DNA of 46,301 nt from Candidatus Minusculum obligatum (GTDB lineage: Bacteria > Patescibacteriota > Minisyncoccia > Phycocordibacterales > Phycocordibacteraceae), in assembly GCA_002331145.1 (NCBI GenBank), contig DCYT01000004.1, positions 1 through 46,301 on the forward strand, in the 5' to 3' direction. Of the stretch, positions 10,269 to 18,822 are shown one piece after another (the first letter of the stretch is position 1; each line of letters opens with the position of its first letter). The notes under the pieces are model-generated. The model worked only from the letters and a program-made list of their open reading frames with translations. It was not told the origin of the DNA and made no database searches. The position numbers were made by a program, and so were the translations under genes.

Positions 10269-10692
10269 ATATCGATTGCGTCCTTAAATTCTAATAGTTC
10301 ATTAATTTGAGAGTGACTCGTTAAAGTCATCCTCGGTTTTTATTCAATGTCGATATCCCCCGGCAAGCCTTGGGATAGTTTTTCAACACCACCCTACGTA
10401 GTACACGTCGACCGCGCACTACATAAGACAGCTGGCAAAGTTTAGTCTGATTGCTTTCATATCTTCCATGGAATCCATATCTCACATATCTGACCGTTGT
10501 TTAAACGTTAACAACCCCCCACATTACATGGGGTAAAAAACGTTGTGTTCTCACACAATTGGCCGTTTAGAATATTTTGTTGTCAACGTACGGTCCTGCT
10601 TGCCGTTAAGCCGTCTATAATCGCTCAGTAACTACTCACGCAGTCCTAGGAACAAGTATACCCGGATGCCTTAAAAAACAAGCAAAATACAA

Positions 10693-10701
10693 TGTGGATA
10701 A
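10693..10701. promoter_or_regulatory. single perfect DnaA box
   Basis: TGTGGATAA (= TTATCCACA). It is isolated, so its function is uncertain. Confidence 0.35.
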
Positions 10702-10845
10702 GGGATTGCAACCAGTAGCAGAAATAGGCCTTTTGGGCCTTAAATCTATGCACTATTGCGCACTCGCTTCCACAGGCAGAATATTACGTTATCTGGTCCA
10801 AAAGTCAATATATTTGAGATTCACTTAAATTGACCTATTTTTACT

Positions 10846-11508
10846 CTAAACGTAGTGATATGTACTCCATCTTCGCTCCCCTTCCTTACGAATACTTCCC
10901 TCTTTTATTAATGTATTTAAAAGCCTCTGGATAGTCTTTTCACTGCAATCAGTTATTACCTTTGCGATATCTTTTATACCCAAATTACCGTTTTCCTTGA
11001 TCATTTGAAGGACTTGTCCTTTACGGTCATTTGCTTGTCCTTTATGTCCTTTAAACTCAACTTCAGTCTGTGAGGAAATTTTTGTTTTTGGCGCTACAAT
11101 TTTTGTTGCTTCCTTCACCTCTTCAACATCAGTATCAAGATCCACATCCACCACCTTCCGATCACAAGAAAGTACTAAAAGATAATTATATTCACGTACC
11201 AAAAGTTCAGCATTTTTAGGAGCTATTACTCCTGCTGTCTCCCCAACCTGAAGGACGCTAATTATTTCCAAAATAGTTGCACTTCCCTCTGACTTATTAT
11301 TGCTGTGGAGAATTTCTCCGATCAAAGTAACTGAAAGATTACTCAGTCGATCAGAAATATTTGATGCACTGTTTGCATGAGCAAGCACCACATGCACTGC
11401 CTGAGAGAGTTTTTCTGCTTTCTTATAGAGATATGCCTTTTTGTGGTCCTTTAGAAATACGCTTTCGATAATGGAGTTATTAAGGACATTCTGTCCTCTT
11501 TTGTTCAT
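10846..11508 (-). CDS. four-helix-bundle plus C-terminal DeoR-type wHTH protein
   Basis: C-terminus RKGQVLQMIKENGNLGIKDIAKVITDCSEKTIQRLLNTLIKEGSIRKEGERRWSTY. The start is uncertain (11508 vs 11556). Confidence 0.75.
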   Translation of the reverse strand: MNKRGQNVLNNSIIESVFLKDHKKAYLYKKAEKLSQAVHVVLAHANSASNISDRLSNLSVTLIGEILHSNNKSEGSATILEIISVLQVGETAGVIAPKNAELLVREYNYLLVLSCDRKVVDVDLDTDVEEVKEATKIVAPKTKISSQTEVEFKGHKGQANDRKGQVLQMIKENGNLGIKDIAKVITDCSEKTIQRLLNTLIKEGSIRKEGERRWSTYHYV

Positions 11509-11570
11509 GTCCTTTATTGTTATTTCACTTCTATAAGACATATTTATATCAGTCATTTGACTGTCTTATA
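11008..11570. repeat. clustered TGTCCTTTA/AAGGACA direct and inverted repeats
   Basis: TGTCCTTTA at 11015, 11036, 11045 and 11508. Palindromes: AAGGAC-TT-GTCCTT at 11008-11021, AGGACA-TTC-TGTCCT at 11483-11497, TATAAGACA..N21..TGTCTTATA at 11532-11570. Confidence 0.8.
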
Positions 11571-11673
11571 TGAGATTATACGCGTCCGATAGAAGGCCTG
11601 CAACTTGCGCGCCTAAGAAGATCGTGTCGGAAAATAGGCGTGGTACAATGCTGTTTATAACGATAAATAAGAT

Positions 11674-13815
11674 ATGGCGCGACGACGAAAACGAGGACGA
11701 CCACGTAAGGATGAACGTGAGCTGGGATCTATTGTCCCACCAATAGTATTTGCAATTGCATCTCTGGCTGTAGGAGGGTTCTTTGCTATTGCAGCAACAG
11801 GATCAGCTGGGCCTGCAGGAGAGTTTGTGTTTGGTCTAGGAACAACGCTACTTGGAAGTGGGTATGTATTGCTACCCCTTGCCTTTCTAGCACTCGGTGT
11901 ACTCCTGTTTACCTCATGGAAAGAAGAGATTCCTGTAGGAAGCTCTATAGGAGGAGTACTGCTCGTAGCAGCGCTACTTTCCCTTATATCTATGACACCA
12001 CTTGATAGTGGACTGCTTGGTTCCTTTATTTCAGGCGGTTTGGCTTCTATTTTTGGGGTCGCAGGAGCAACGCTATTTTTGATCGCATTTGCCCTAATTG
12101 GCGCAATTCTCCTATTTAGGTTTGAGTTTAGCTTTGACAACACTCTTCCCTCTTTCAAACTTACAACGCTATTTGGAAAGAAAGATGATGAAATGCATGT
12201 TGAGTCATATGGAGATGATGCTGAGGAAGAAGAGTTTGAGGATGATGAGGAGGTAGAGGAAGTAGAGGAGGAAAAGGAGCCATCTATAAATGTCTTCTCA
12301 GACAATGAAGAAGAAGTTGATGGAGAGCCTGTTATTACCTCATATGGAGAGTACAACGCCCCTCCTATTGATCTACTTGGAAAAGACAAAGGAAAGCCTG
12401 GTGTGGGAGACATTAAAGCTAACGCTAATTTGATTAAGCGAACCTTTGCGAACTTTGGCATCAATGTAGAGATGGATGAAGTATCTATCGGACCTACCGT
12501 AACTCGCTACGCTATCAAGCCAGCTGAGGGTGTAAGACTTTCAAAGATTCTCTCACTTCAAAACAATCTTGAGTTAGCACTCGCTGCCCACCCTGTTCGT
12601 ATCGAAGCACCAATCCCTGGAAAGAGTTTGGTTGGAATCGAGGTGCCAAATACAAGCAAGGCAATGGTTGGACTTGCAGGACTACTTGCGGCAAACCAGT
12701 GGAAGACTACAGACAAGCCCCTACTCTCTGCTGTTGGACGAGACATTACGGGAGAGCCTCATTATGTAAATGTGGCGAAGATGCCTCACGGACTTATTGC
12801 TGGAGCTACAGGATCTGGAAAGTCAGTTGCCATCCACACACTAATTGCTTCCCTACTCTACCGAAATGGGCCAGACGAGCTTCGCTTTATTATGGTTGAT
12901 CCAAAGCGAGTGGAGCTAACCCTCTACAACGGTATCCCTCACCTCCTTACTCCTGTTATTACCGATCCAAAGAAAGCCATCCTTGCACTTAAGTGGGCAG
13001 CAAAAGAAATGGATAGACGGTATAGCGTGCTTGAGCAATTTGAGTGCCGAGACATTACCTCATACCGAGAAGCATCAGCTAATGAAGAAGATGCTGAGAC
13101 CATGCCATACATTGTGATTGTGGTAGATGAGTTGGCTGACATTATGCAGGCATACCCAAGAGAGCTTGAAGCTGGAATTGTGCGCCTAGCTCAGATGAGT
13201 CGTGCGGTTGGAATTCACCTCGTGCTTTCAACACAAAGGCCATCCGTAAATGTGGTAACAGGACTTATTAAAGCCAATGTTCCATCTCGAATGGCACTCC
13301 AGGTTGCAAGTCAGATCGATTCTAAGACCATTCTTGATATGGGAGGAGCTGAGAAGCTTCTGGGGGCTGGAGATATGCTCTTCCTATCAGGAGATATGAG
13401 TAAGCCTATCCGATTACAGACTGCCTTTATCTCTGAGGATGAAGTAAAGAAAGTTGTGTCGTATATTAAGAAAAATAATGCTGGAGATACTTCAAATATC
13501 GACTTTGGAGCGCCAGATGGAAAGCACGAAGGCAATGATGCCATGATGAGCATTGATGACTCTGATGAGGATCAGGATGAGCTATATAACGAAGCTAAAG
13601 CGTGTGTAGAAGAAGCTGGGAAAGCATCTACATCATACCTACAACGAAAACTACGTGTTGGATACGCTCGTGCTGCTCGCCTTATGGATATTCTTGAAGA
13701 CAAGGGTGTTATTGGGCCTGCGGATGGCTCTAAGCCTCGAGAAGTTCTCACACGAGGGACAGATAACGAAGGATATGATGACGAGGATGAATATGAAGAG
13801 GAGGATGAACGATAG
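11674..13815 (+). CDS. ftsK: DNA translocase FtsK/SpoIIIE
   Basis: N-terminal TM domain, GPTVTRY, AGATGSGKS Walker A, VDELAD, STQRPS, gamma domain STSYLQRKLRVGYARAARLMD. Confidence 0.97.
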   Translation: MARRRKRGRPRKDERELGSIVPPIVFAIASLAVGGFFAIAATGSAGPAGEFVFGLGTTLLGSGYVLLPLAFLALGVLLFTSWKEEIPVGSSIGGVLLVAALLSLISMTPLDSGLLGSFISGGLASIFGVAGATLFLIAFALIGAILLFRFEFSFDNTLPSFKLTTLFGKKDDEMHVESYGDDAEEEEFEDDEEVEEVEEEKEPSINVFSDNEEEVDGEPVITSYGEYNAPPIDLLGKDKGKPGVGDIKANANLIKRTFANFGINVEMDEVSIGPTVTRYAIKPAEGVRLSKILSLQNNLELALAAHPVRIEAPIPGKSLVGIEVPNTSKAMVGLAGLLAANQWKTTDKPLLSAVGRDITGEPHYVNVAKMPHGLIAGATGSGKSVAIHTLIASLLYRNGPDELRFIMVDPKRVELTLYNGIPHLLTPVITDPKKAILALKWAAKEMDRRYSVLEQFECRDITSYREASANEEDAETMPYIVIVVDELADIMQAYPRELEAGIVRLAQMSRAVGIHLVLSTQRPSVNVVTGLIKANVPSRMALQVASQIDSKTILDMGGAEKLLGAGDMLFLSGDMSKPIRLQTAFISEDEVKKVVSYIKKNNAGDTSNIDFGAPDGKHEGNDAMMSIDDSDEDQDELYNEAKACVEEAGKASTSYLQRKLRVGYARAARLMDILEDKGVIGPADGSKPREVLTRGTDNEGYDDEDEYEEEDER

Positions 13816-14245
13816 AGGTTTTGTAGACACAAGACTTCTTGTAGCTGGCTTTTCCCTATTTCTCCTACTTATTATCCTCTTTGCCCTCTCAAGGGCATAC
13901 GGGCTCGTACAAGGCCCTCATATAGAACTTAATGAGGAGGTTTTATACTCTCAAATAGATGATGGGTTCATTGTCCTTGAGGGAAAAGTGTATAGAAATG
14001 CACACTTTGAAATCAATGGACGGACAGTAGCTCCAGAGCAAAATGGGAACTTTTCTGAGCGATTGCTGCTCTCTTCTGGCCATACTATAATGACTATACG
14101 AGCACGGGATCGTTTTGACCGTACTACACAAGAGATTATTCCAATTTATATACCAGAGTATGCCAGCGAAGAAACCAGCAGCCAAAAAGACAACGAAGAA
14201 GGTGGAGGAAGTGAAGGAGAGCCCGAAGGAGGAGAAGAACAATAA
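13805..14245 (+). CDS. membrane-anchored Ig-like (beta-sandwich) protein
   Basis: TM helix then GPHI...INGR...[24 protein letters not shown]. Overlaps the ftsK stop and the recA start. Confidence 0.7.
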   Translation: MNDRGFVDTRLLVAGFSLFLLLIILFALSRAYGLVQGPHIELNEEVLYSQIDDGFIVLEGKVYRNAHFEINGRTVAPEQNGNFSERLLLSSGHTIMTIRARDRFDRTTQEIIPIYIPEYASEETSSQKDNEEGGGSEGEPEGGEEQ

Positions 14246-15212
14246 AGTTGATGCTGCCCTAAAAGAAATCCAATCAAAGTTTGGAGAAGAGGCAGTGATG
14301 ACCTTTGGTGATCAAAAGCCAAAGAAAATTGATGTAATCCCTACTGGATCTATTGGACTTGATGCAGCTCTTGGTGTTGGTGGACTTCCCTATGGACGAA
14401 TCGTTGAAGTGTACGGACCTGAGAGTTCAGGAAAGACAACCCTTACCCTACATGCTATAGCTGAAGCTCAGAAAGCTGGAGGTGTTGCTGCATTTATTGA
14501 TGCAGAGCACGCACTTGATCCTGAGTATGCAAAAAGGATTGGCGTAAAACTTAATGACCTTATTATCTCGCAGCCAGATACTGGAGAGCAGGCGCTCGAG
14601 ATTGTAGAGAGTTTGGTTAGAAGTAATAGCGTCGACATTATTGTTGTCGACTCAGTTGCAGCTCTTACTCCAAAGGATGAGATTGAGGGAGATATGGGAC
14701 AGACGCATGTTGGAAAGCAGGCTCGCCTTATGAGCCAGGCCCTTCGAAAACTCACCGGTGTTGTTGCAAAGAGCAAGACCGTCGTTGTCTTTATCAACCA
14801 AATCAGAATGCAGATTGGTGTAATGTTTGGAAATCCTGAGACAACTCCAGGAGGACGAGCTCTTAAGTTCTATACATCAGTTCGACTTGATATTCGTCGC
14901 ATCGCGCAGATTAAGAAAGGAGAAGAGGTTGTGGGAGGCCGTGTACGTGTAAAGGTGGTAAAGAATAAGGTGGCAGCTCCATTTAAAAATACTGAGTTTG
15001 ACCTTCTCTATAACGAAGGGATTTCAAGGGAGGGAGAAATCCTAGCACTCGGTGAGAAGTATGACGTGCTTCAAAAGAATGGTGCCTTCTATAAGTATGG
15101 AGAGCAGTCTCTTGGCAGAGGGTATGATGCAGCTCGCACATTCCTAAAAGAGAATAAACCTGTTACCAATGAAATTCTTAAGAAGATTCGAGCAGAGTTA
15201 AGCAAAGCATAG
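14160..15212 (+). CDS. recA: recombinase RecA
   Basis: [33 protein letters not shown]. Confidence 0.98.
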   Translation: MPAKKPAAKKTTKKVEEVKESPKEEKNNKVDAALKEIQSKFGEEAVMTFGDQKPKKIDVIPTGSIGLDAALGVGGLPYGRIVEVYGPESSGKTTLTLHAIAEAQKAGGVAAFIDAEHALDPEYAKRIGVKLNDLIISQPDTGEQALEIVESLVRSNSVDIIVVDSVAALTPKDEIEGDMGQTHVGKQARLMSQALRKLTGVVAKSKTVVVFINQIRMQIGVMFGNPETTPGGRALKFYTSVRLDIRRIAQIKKGEEVVGGRVRVKVVKNKVAAPFKNTEFDLLYNEGISREGEILALGEKYDVLQKNGAFYKYGEQSLGRGYDAARTFLKENKPVTNEILKKIRAELSKA

Positions 15213-15213
15213 C

Positions 15214-15789
15214 ATGGCAACACTTTCATATAACGAGATCACCCCTAAAAAGGTAATCAAATTTAATGGTGAACCCTATGAGGTTATTGAATCAAAAGTT
15301 GCACGTAAGCAGCAGATGAAGCCTCAGAACCAAACAAAATTACGGCACCTTATAAGTGGACGTGTTATTTCTAATGCTTTTCACTCAAGTGACAAGGCAG
15401 AAGAAGCTGATACTGAAACAAAAGAGATTGTGTACCTCTACACCAATCGCGGAGAGAGTTGGTTCCATAGCAAAGGAAATCCAGGAGACCGCTTCTCCCT
15501 ACCAGAAGACTCTGTTGCAGATAAAGTAAAGTGGCTTGCTGAGCGTGATGAAGTTGAAGCACTTTTATTTGAAGAAGAGATTGTCTCTATTAAAATTCCA
15601 ATTAAAGTAGACCTTGAAGTTGTTGAGGCTCCTCCAGCAGTACGTGGGAACACAGCACAAGGTGGAAGTAAGCAAGTTGTTATGAAAGGAGGCGCTGTTG
15701 TTACCACCCCGCTATTTATCAATGAGGGAGATATTCTGCGTATAAATACAGAGACTGGAGAGTACGTGGAGCGGGTTGATAAAGCCTAG
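15214..15789 (+). CDS. efp: elongation factor P
   Basis: PPAVRGNTAQGGSK and PLFINEGDILRINTETGEYVER. The loop is atypical (RKQQMKP). Confidence 0.92.
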   Translation: MATLSYNEITPKKVIKFNGEPYEVIESKVARKQQMKPQNQTKLRHLISGRVISNAFHSSDKAEEADTETKEIVYLYTNRGESWFHSKGNPGDRFSLPEDSVADKVKWLAERDEVEALLFEEEIVSIKIPIKVDLEVVEAPPAVRGNTAQGGSKQVVMKGGAVVTTPLFINEGDILRINTETGEYVERVDKA

Positions 15790-15809
15790 GTTTTCTATAT
15801 ACTTGCCCC

Positions 15810-16116
15810 AGAACCTAGCATGCCAATTGGTCAGGGACGCTCTGGTCTCAGGTCAAGATGGTAGGAAGGATGTTTTTTCTGCTATCGCGAGTACAATGTG
15901 TTTTCGGACACCTCCGCCTCACAACAAAAGCTTTTGTCGAAGTATAAGCATGCATGGGTCGTGCTCTGAGGAGCACGCTTGCTCAACATTTGAGCAACTT
16001 TTGTAACGAAAGTATCCAGGGCCGGCGGAGTCATGTTCCCGTCCTATATAAGGCAGTGCGTGTTGGTGCAACACACGCACTGCCAAACATCTCACAACGC
16101 ATATGCGTTGTTTTTT
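15810..16116 (+). ncRNA. candidate structured non-coding RNA of unknown family
   Basis: Putative promoter TTGATA-N16-TATACT (15776-15803), at least six stems, and a hairpin plus U-tract at the end. No credible ORF. Confidence 0.5.
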
Positions 16117-16121
16117 AATAA

Positions 16122-16150
16122 AAAATAACGACCTTGGTGGTCGTTATTTT
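16122..16150. terminator. second terminator hairpin
   Basis: AAAATAACGACC-TTGGT-GGTCGTTATTTT. Confidence 0.75.
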
Positions 16151-16190
16151 CTGTCTACGTAGTTAAATACGTAATTAACAACGCATGATT

Positions 16191-16225
16191 ATTGTATTGA
16201 CATTGTCATTACAATTATATATTCT
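16191..16225 (+). promoter_or_regulatory. toxin-antitoxin promoter with palindromic operator
   Basis: ATTGTATTGACA-T-TGTCATTACAAT near-perfect palindrome containing -35 TTGACA, with TATTCT 17 nt later. Confidence 0.75.
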
Positions 16226-16231
16226 TTATGC

Positions 16232-16507
16232 ATGAGTTCACAAAATACTATTCAGATTAGAATTGATTCTAAAACAAAAGAAGCTGCACGAAAGACGCTT
16301 GATGGTGTTGGCCTAGACATGTCCAGCGCGGTCAAACTCTTCCTTACCAATGTAATTAATAGAAAAGGTGTGCCTTTAGATTTACGTACTGAAAATGGTT
16401 TTACTCTTGCACAAGAGGAAGCTCTTATTTCTGAAACCGAAGAGGCTAAAAAAGATGCTCGACGTTTTGCCAGTGTTGATGCGCTAATGAAAGATCTTAA
16501 TCGGTAG
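16232..16507 (+). CDS. RelB/DinJ-family antitoxin
   Basis: IQIRIDSKTKEAA...GLDMSSAVKLFL...GVPLDL; FASVDALMKDL end. Confidence 0.9.
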   Translation: MSSQNTIQIRIDSKTKEAARKTLDGVGLDMSSAVKLFLTNVINRKGVPLDLRTENGFTLAQEEALISETEEAKKDARRFASVDALMKDLNR

Positions 16508-16510
16508 TTT

Positions 16511-16792
16511 ATGAAATACGAGATTGTAAAAACTCGTCGTTTTAAAACTGCGTTTAAACGTGTACAGAGACTACAAGGATTTAAACAAAGTGTTTTTGAA
16601 GAAACAATTACCACCCTAGCGAAGGGCAAGAAATTAAAAAAGGAGCAAAAAGACCATCAACTTACTGGCAAGCTAAAAGGCTTTAGAGAATGCCATCTTG
16701 CTCCTGACATACTTCTGATATACCAAATAGACGATGGCATATTGGTACTTACATTAGCGAGCATAGGAAATCATGCTCAACTATTTCGATAA
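16511..16792 (+). CDS. YafQ-family mRNA interferase toxin
   Basis: KDHQLTGKLKGFRECHLAPDILLIY...IGNHAQLF. Confidence 0.92.
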   Translation: MKYEIVKTRRFKTAFKRVQRLQGFKQSVFEETITTLAKGKKLKKEQKDHQLTGKLKGFRECHLAPDILLIYQIDDGILVLTLASIGNHAQLFR

Positions 16793-16794
16793 AG

Positions 16795-16819
16795 AAAAAA
16801 CACCCACAAGGGTGTTTTT
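16795..16819. terminator. bidirectional terminator
   Basis: AAAAAACACCC-ACAA-GGGTGTTTTT between the convergent toxin gene and rpsR. Confidence 0.85.
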
Positions 16820-16821
16820 AA

Positions 16822-17025
16822 TTATCGAGCAATGTACGGCATAAGAGCCATGAATCGTGCTCGCTTAATTGCCTTTGCAATCTCACGTTGCTGACGAGCA
16901 GATACTCGTGTTCGCCGCCTGTTGTTCATTCGAGCGTGCGGATTTACAAACTGCTTTAGATACTCAGTATCCTTGTAGTCCACAAATCGTGGTGTCTCTA
17001 CTACTTTTTTCTCTTCGTCTTTCAT
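16822..17025 (-). CDS. rpsR: 30S ribosomal protein S18 (lacks Zn-binding Cys)
   Basis: VDYKDTEYLKQF...QQREIAKAIKRARFMALMPY. Confidence 0.96.
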   Translation of the reverse strand: MKDEEKKVVETPRFVDYKDTEYLKQFVNPHARMNNRRRTRVSARQQREIAKAIKRARFMALMPYIAR

Positions 17026-17034
17026 AAATCTATA

Positions 17035-17481
17035 TTAAAAAGGAATATCTTCCGGGTTAATATCCTCGTCTGGATACTGGATCGCATCTGATGATGGAGC
17101 TGCTTGCTCTTGTGCAGGTGCTGCAGATGCAGCTGGTGCACCTCCCTGTCCATCACGCAATGATGGTCCAAACTGGAATCGATCTGCAATAACTTCAGTT
17201 CGATAGTGTTTTACACCATCTTTCTCCCAATTGCGAGTCTGAAGTCGCCCCTCAAGGAATACTGGACGCCCTTTCTTTAGGTACTGCCCTACAACCTCAG
17301 CCTGTCGTCCAAACATAACAATGTTGTGGTACTCAACAGAATCTTGCTGCTGTCCGTTCTGATCCTTGTATGTTCGGTTTGTTGCAACAGAGAATGAAGC
17401 AACCTGAGATCCAGAAGGAAGAGCCTTAAGCTCTGGGTCTCGTGTTAGGTTTCCGTAGATAAATACTTTGTTGATATACAT
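17035..17481 (-). CDS. ssb: single-stranded DNA-binding protein
   Basis: NKVFIYGNLTRDPE, EGRLQTRNW, C-terminal EDIPF. Confidence 0.97.
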   Translation of the reverse strand: MYINKVFIYGNLTRDPELKALPSGSQVASFSVATNRTYKDQNGQQQDSVEYHNIVMFGRQAEVVGQYLKKGRPVFLEGRLQTRNWEKDGVKHYRTEVIADRFQFGPSLRDGQGGAPAASAAPAQEQAAPSSDAIQYPDEDINPEDIPF

Positions 17482-17482
17482 A

Positions 17483-17941
17483 CTATGCTGTTGTCTCCTC
17501 TAGCACCTCATCAAGCTCAGCGTCTGATACCTCATCAGTTTCTGGCTTTGCTACAACAAGCTTCTCAGCTGCACGGTCCTGTGCGTATGTTGCCTCCTCT
17601 TTTGTAGTAATTGTAACAAGATGTCGGATAATAGTCTTGTCAGCTCGCAATACCTCATCTACCTTCTCCTGATTCTCTGGAGTTAGCTCGTATGCGATCC
17701 ATGCAAAGTTTGCACTTGTGTGATCACGTCGTACTCCCTCATTAATCTGAGAGATAGTGTATGCAAGGTTCATTCGTGTAGGAAGCGCCTCTGCAAATGG
17801 AGTTCCACCTGCAGCAACAATAGCTTCCTTTACAGAATCAAATGCTTTCTTTGTTTCAGTCTCTGAAAGGTTCGCATCAATGTGAAATGCCGCCTCGTAT
17901 ACAGAGATCTCGTCTTTTTCTAGTACTTCAGTATCTGCCAT
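17483..17941 (-). CDS. rpsF: 30S ribosomal protein S6
   Basis: YE start motif, LAYTI, IIRHLV; canonical rpsF-ssb-rpsR order. Confidence 0.88.
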   Translation of the reverse strand: MADTEVLEKDEISVYEAAFHIDANLSETETKKAFDSVKEAIVAAGGTPFAEALPTRMNLAYTISQINEGVRRDHTSANFAWIAYELTPENQEKVDEVLRADKTIIRHLVTITTKEEATYAQDRAAEKLVVAKPETDEVSDAELDEVLEETTA

Positions 17942-17982
17942 ATGTGGGAGAAAGATAGCATATAGATCTAGCTATCGCAACG

Positions 17983-18759
17983 CTATAAGCCAAAAATACG
18001 CTTAGTATTGTTATTTAGAGTTTCTCGAGCCTCATTTTCATCAATTCCCCATAAATCAGCTATCTTTTTGTATACATGTACCACGTTAAGTGCTGAGTTG
18101 CGCTCTCCCCTGTGTGGCTTTGGTGCTACATATGGAGAGTCTGTCTCGCCAAGGAGCATGTCGTGTTTTGCGCCCGTTACCATGTCGTTATAGTCATCAG
18201 TAAAGGTGATAACTCCAGTAACAGACACTGTAAACCCAAGGTCATTTAGTGCATTACGCTCTTTGTCTCCTCCTACAAAGAAGTGAATATTTCCTCGGAG
18301 CTTGTCCCTATGCTCTTTCTTATATTCAGTGAGGATATCAATAACCTCATGATATGCATCCTGTGTTCCTTTGCTTGGGCGTGAGTGGATCATAAGAGCT
18401 TTATCAAGCTCTATAGCTAGCTCTACCTGCTGTATGAAAACTTCTCTTTGAAGCTTTGAATCTTCTTGCCTGAAGAAATCGAGCCCACACTCTCCTATCG
18501 CTACAACATTCTCGTCCTCTGCTAGAGTTTTGTATTCGTCTGTAAATTCTCCTTCATCTACATAGCAAGGATGCATTCCAACTGTTGCATAGAGGTGCTC
18601 GTGCTTTTTTGCTAGCTCAATTGCTTTCTTTGAGGATTCCAAATCAACACCCACAACAATACCGTGTATGTCCTCATACTTCATCTGCTCAATAATTTGA
18701 TCACGATCCGTTTCGTATGCATCAAATTGAAGATGGCAGTGTGCGTCGATGTATTTCAT
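17983..18759 (-). CDS. tatD: TatD-family DNase
   Basis: IDAHCH, GMHP, AIGECGLD, IHSR, ETDSPY. Confidence 0.93.
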   Translation of the reverse strand: MKYIDAHCHLQFDAYETDRDQIIEQMKYEDIHGIVVGVDLESSKKAIELAKKHEHLYATVGMHPCYVDEGEFTDEYKTLAEDENVVAIGECGLDFFRQEDSKLQREVFIQQVELAIELDKALMIHSRPSKGTQDAYHEVIDILTEYKKEHRDKLRGNIHFFVGGDKERNALNDLGFTVSVTGVITFTDDYNDMVTGAKHDMLLGETDSPYVAPKPHRGERNSALNVVHVYKKIADLWGIDENEARETLNNNTKRIFGL

Positions 18760-18789
18760 AGGTTGAATAAAAGTAACATGCAAAGTAAG

Positions 18790-18813
18790 AGCCCCGCAAT
18801 TTAATGCGGGGCC
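18790..18813 (-). terminator. terminator of ORFan 18823-19455
   Basis: GCCCCGCA-ATTTAA-TGCGGGGC. Confidence 0.65.
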
Positions 18814-18822
18814 TTTAAAGAA

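Noticed and set aside
10846-11508. Diversity-generating retroelement (Avd-like helix bundle)
   Set aside because: No reverse transcriptase and no TR/VR pair with adenine-specific mismatches seen in the window.
10660-11650. Replication origin (DnaA box, repeats, local strand switch)
   Set aside because: Only one perfect DnaA box, no dnaA/dnaN, and rRNA and ribosomal protein genes are on the minus strand on both sides.
15776-16006. 76-aa ORF in the efp downstream region
   Set aside because: TTG start inside efp, unusual Cys/Ser-rich composition, and the region is better explained by RNA structure.
15966-16012. Hammerhead ribozyme (CTGAGGA...CGAAA)
   Set aside because: Stems I-III cannot be formed around the core, and the CUGA lies within a stable hairpin.
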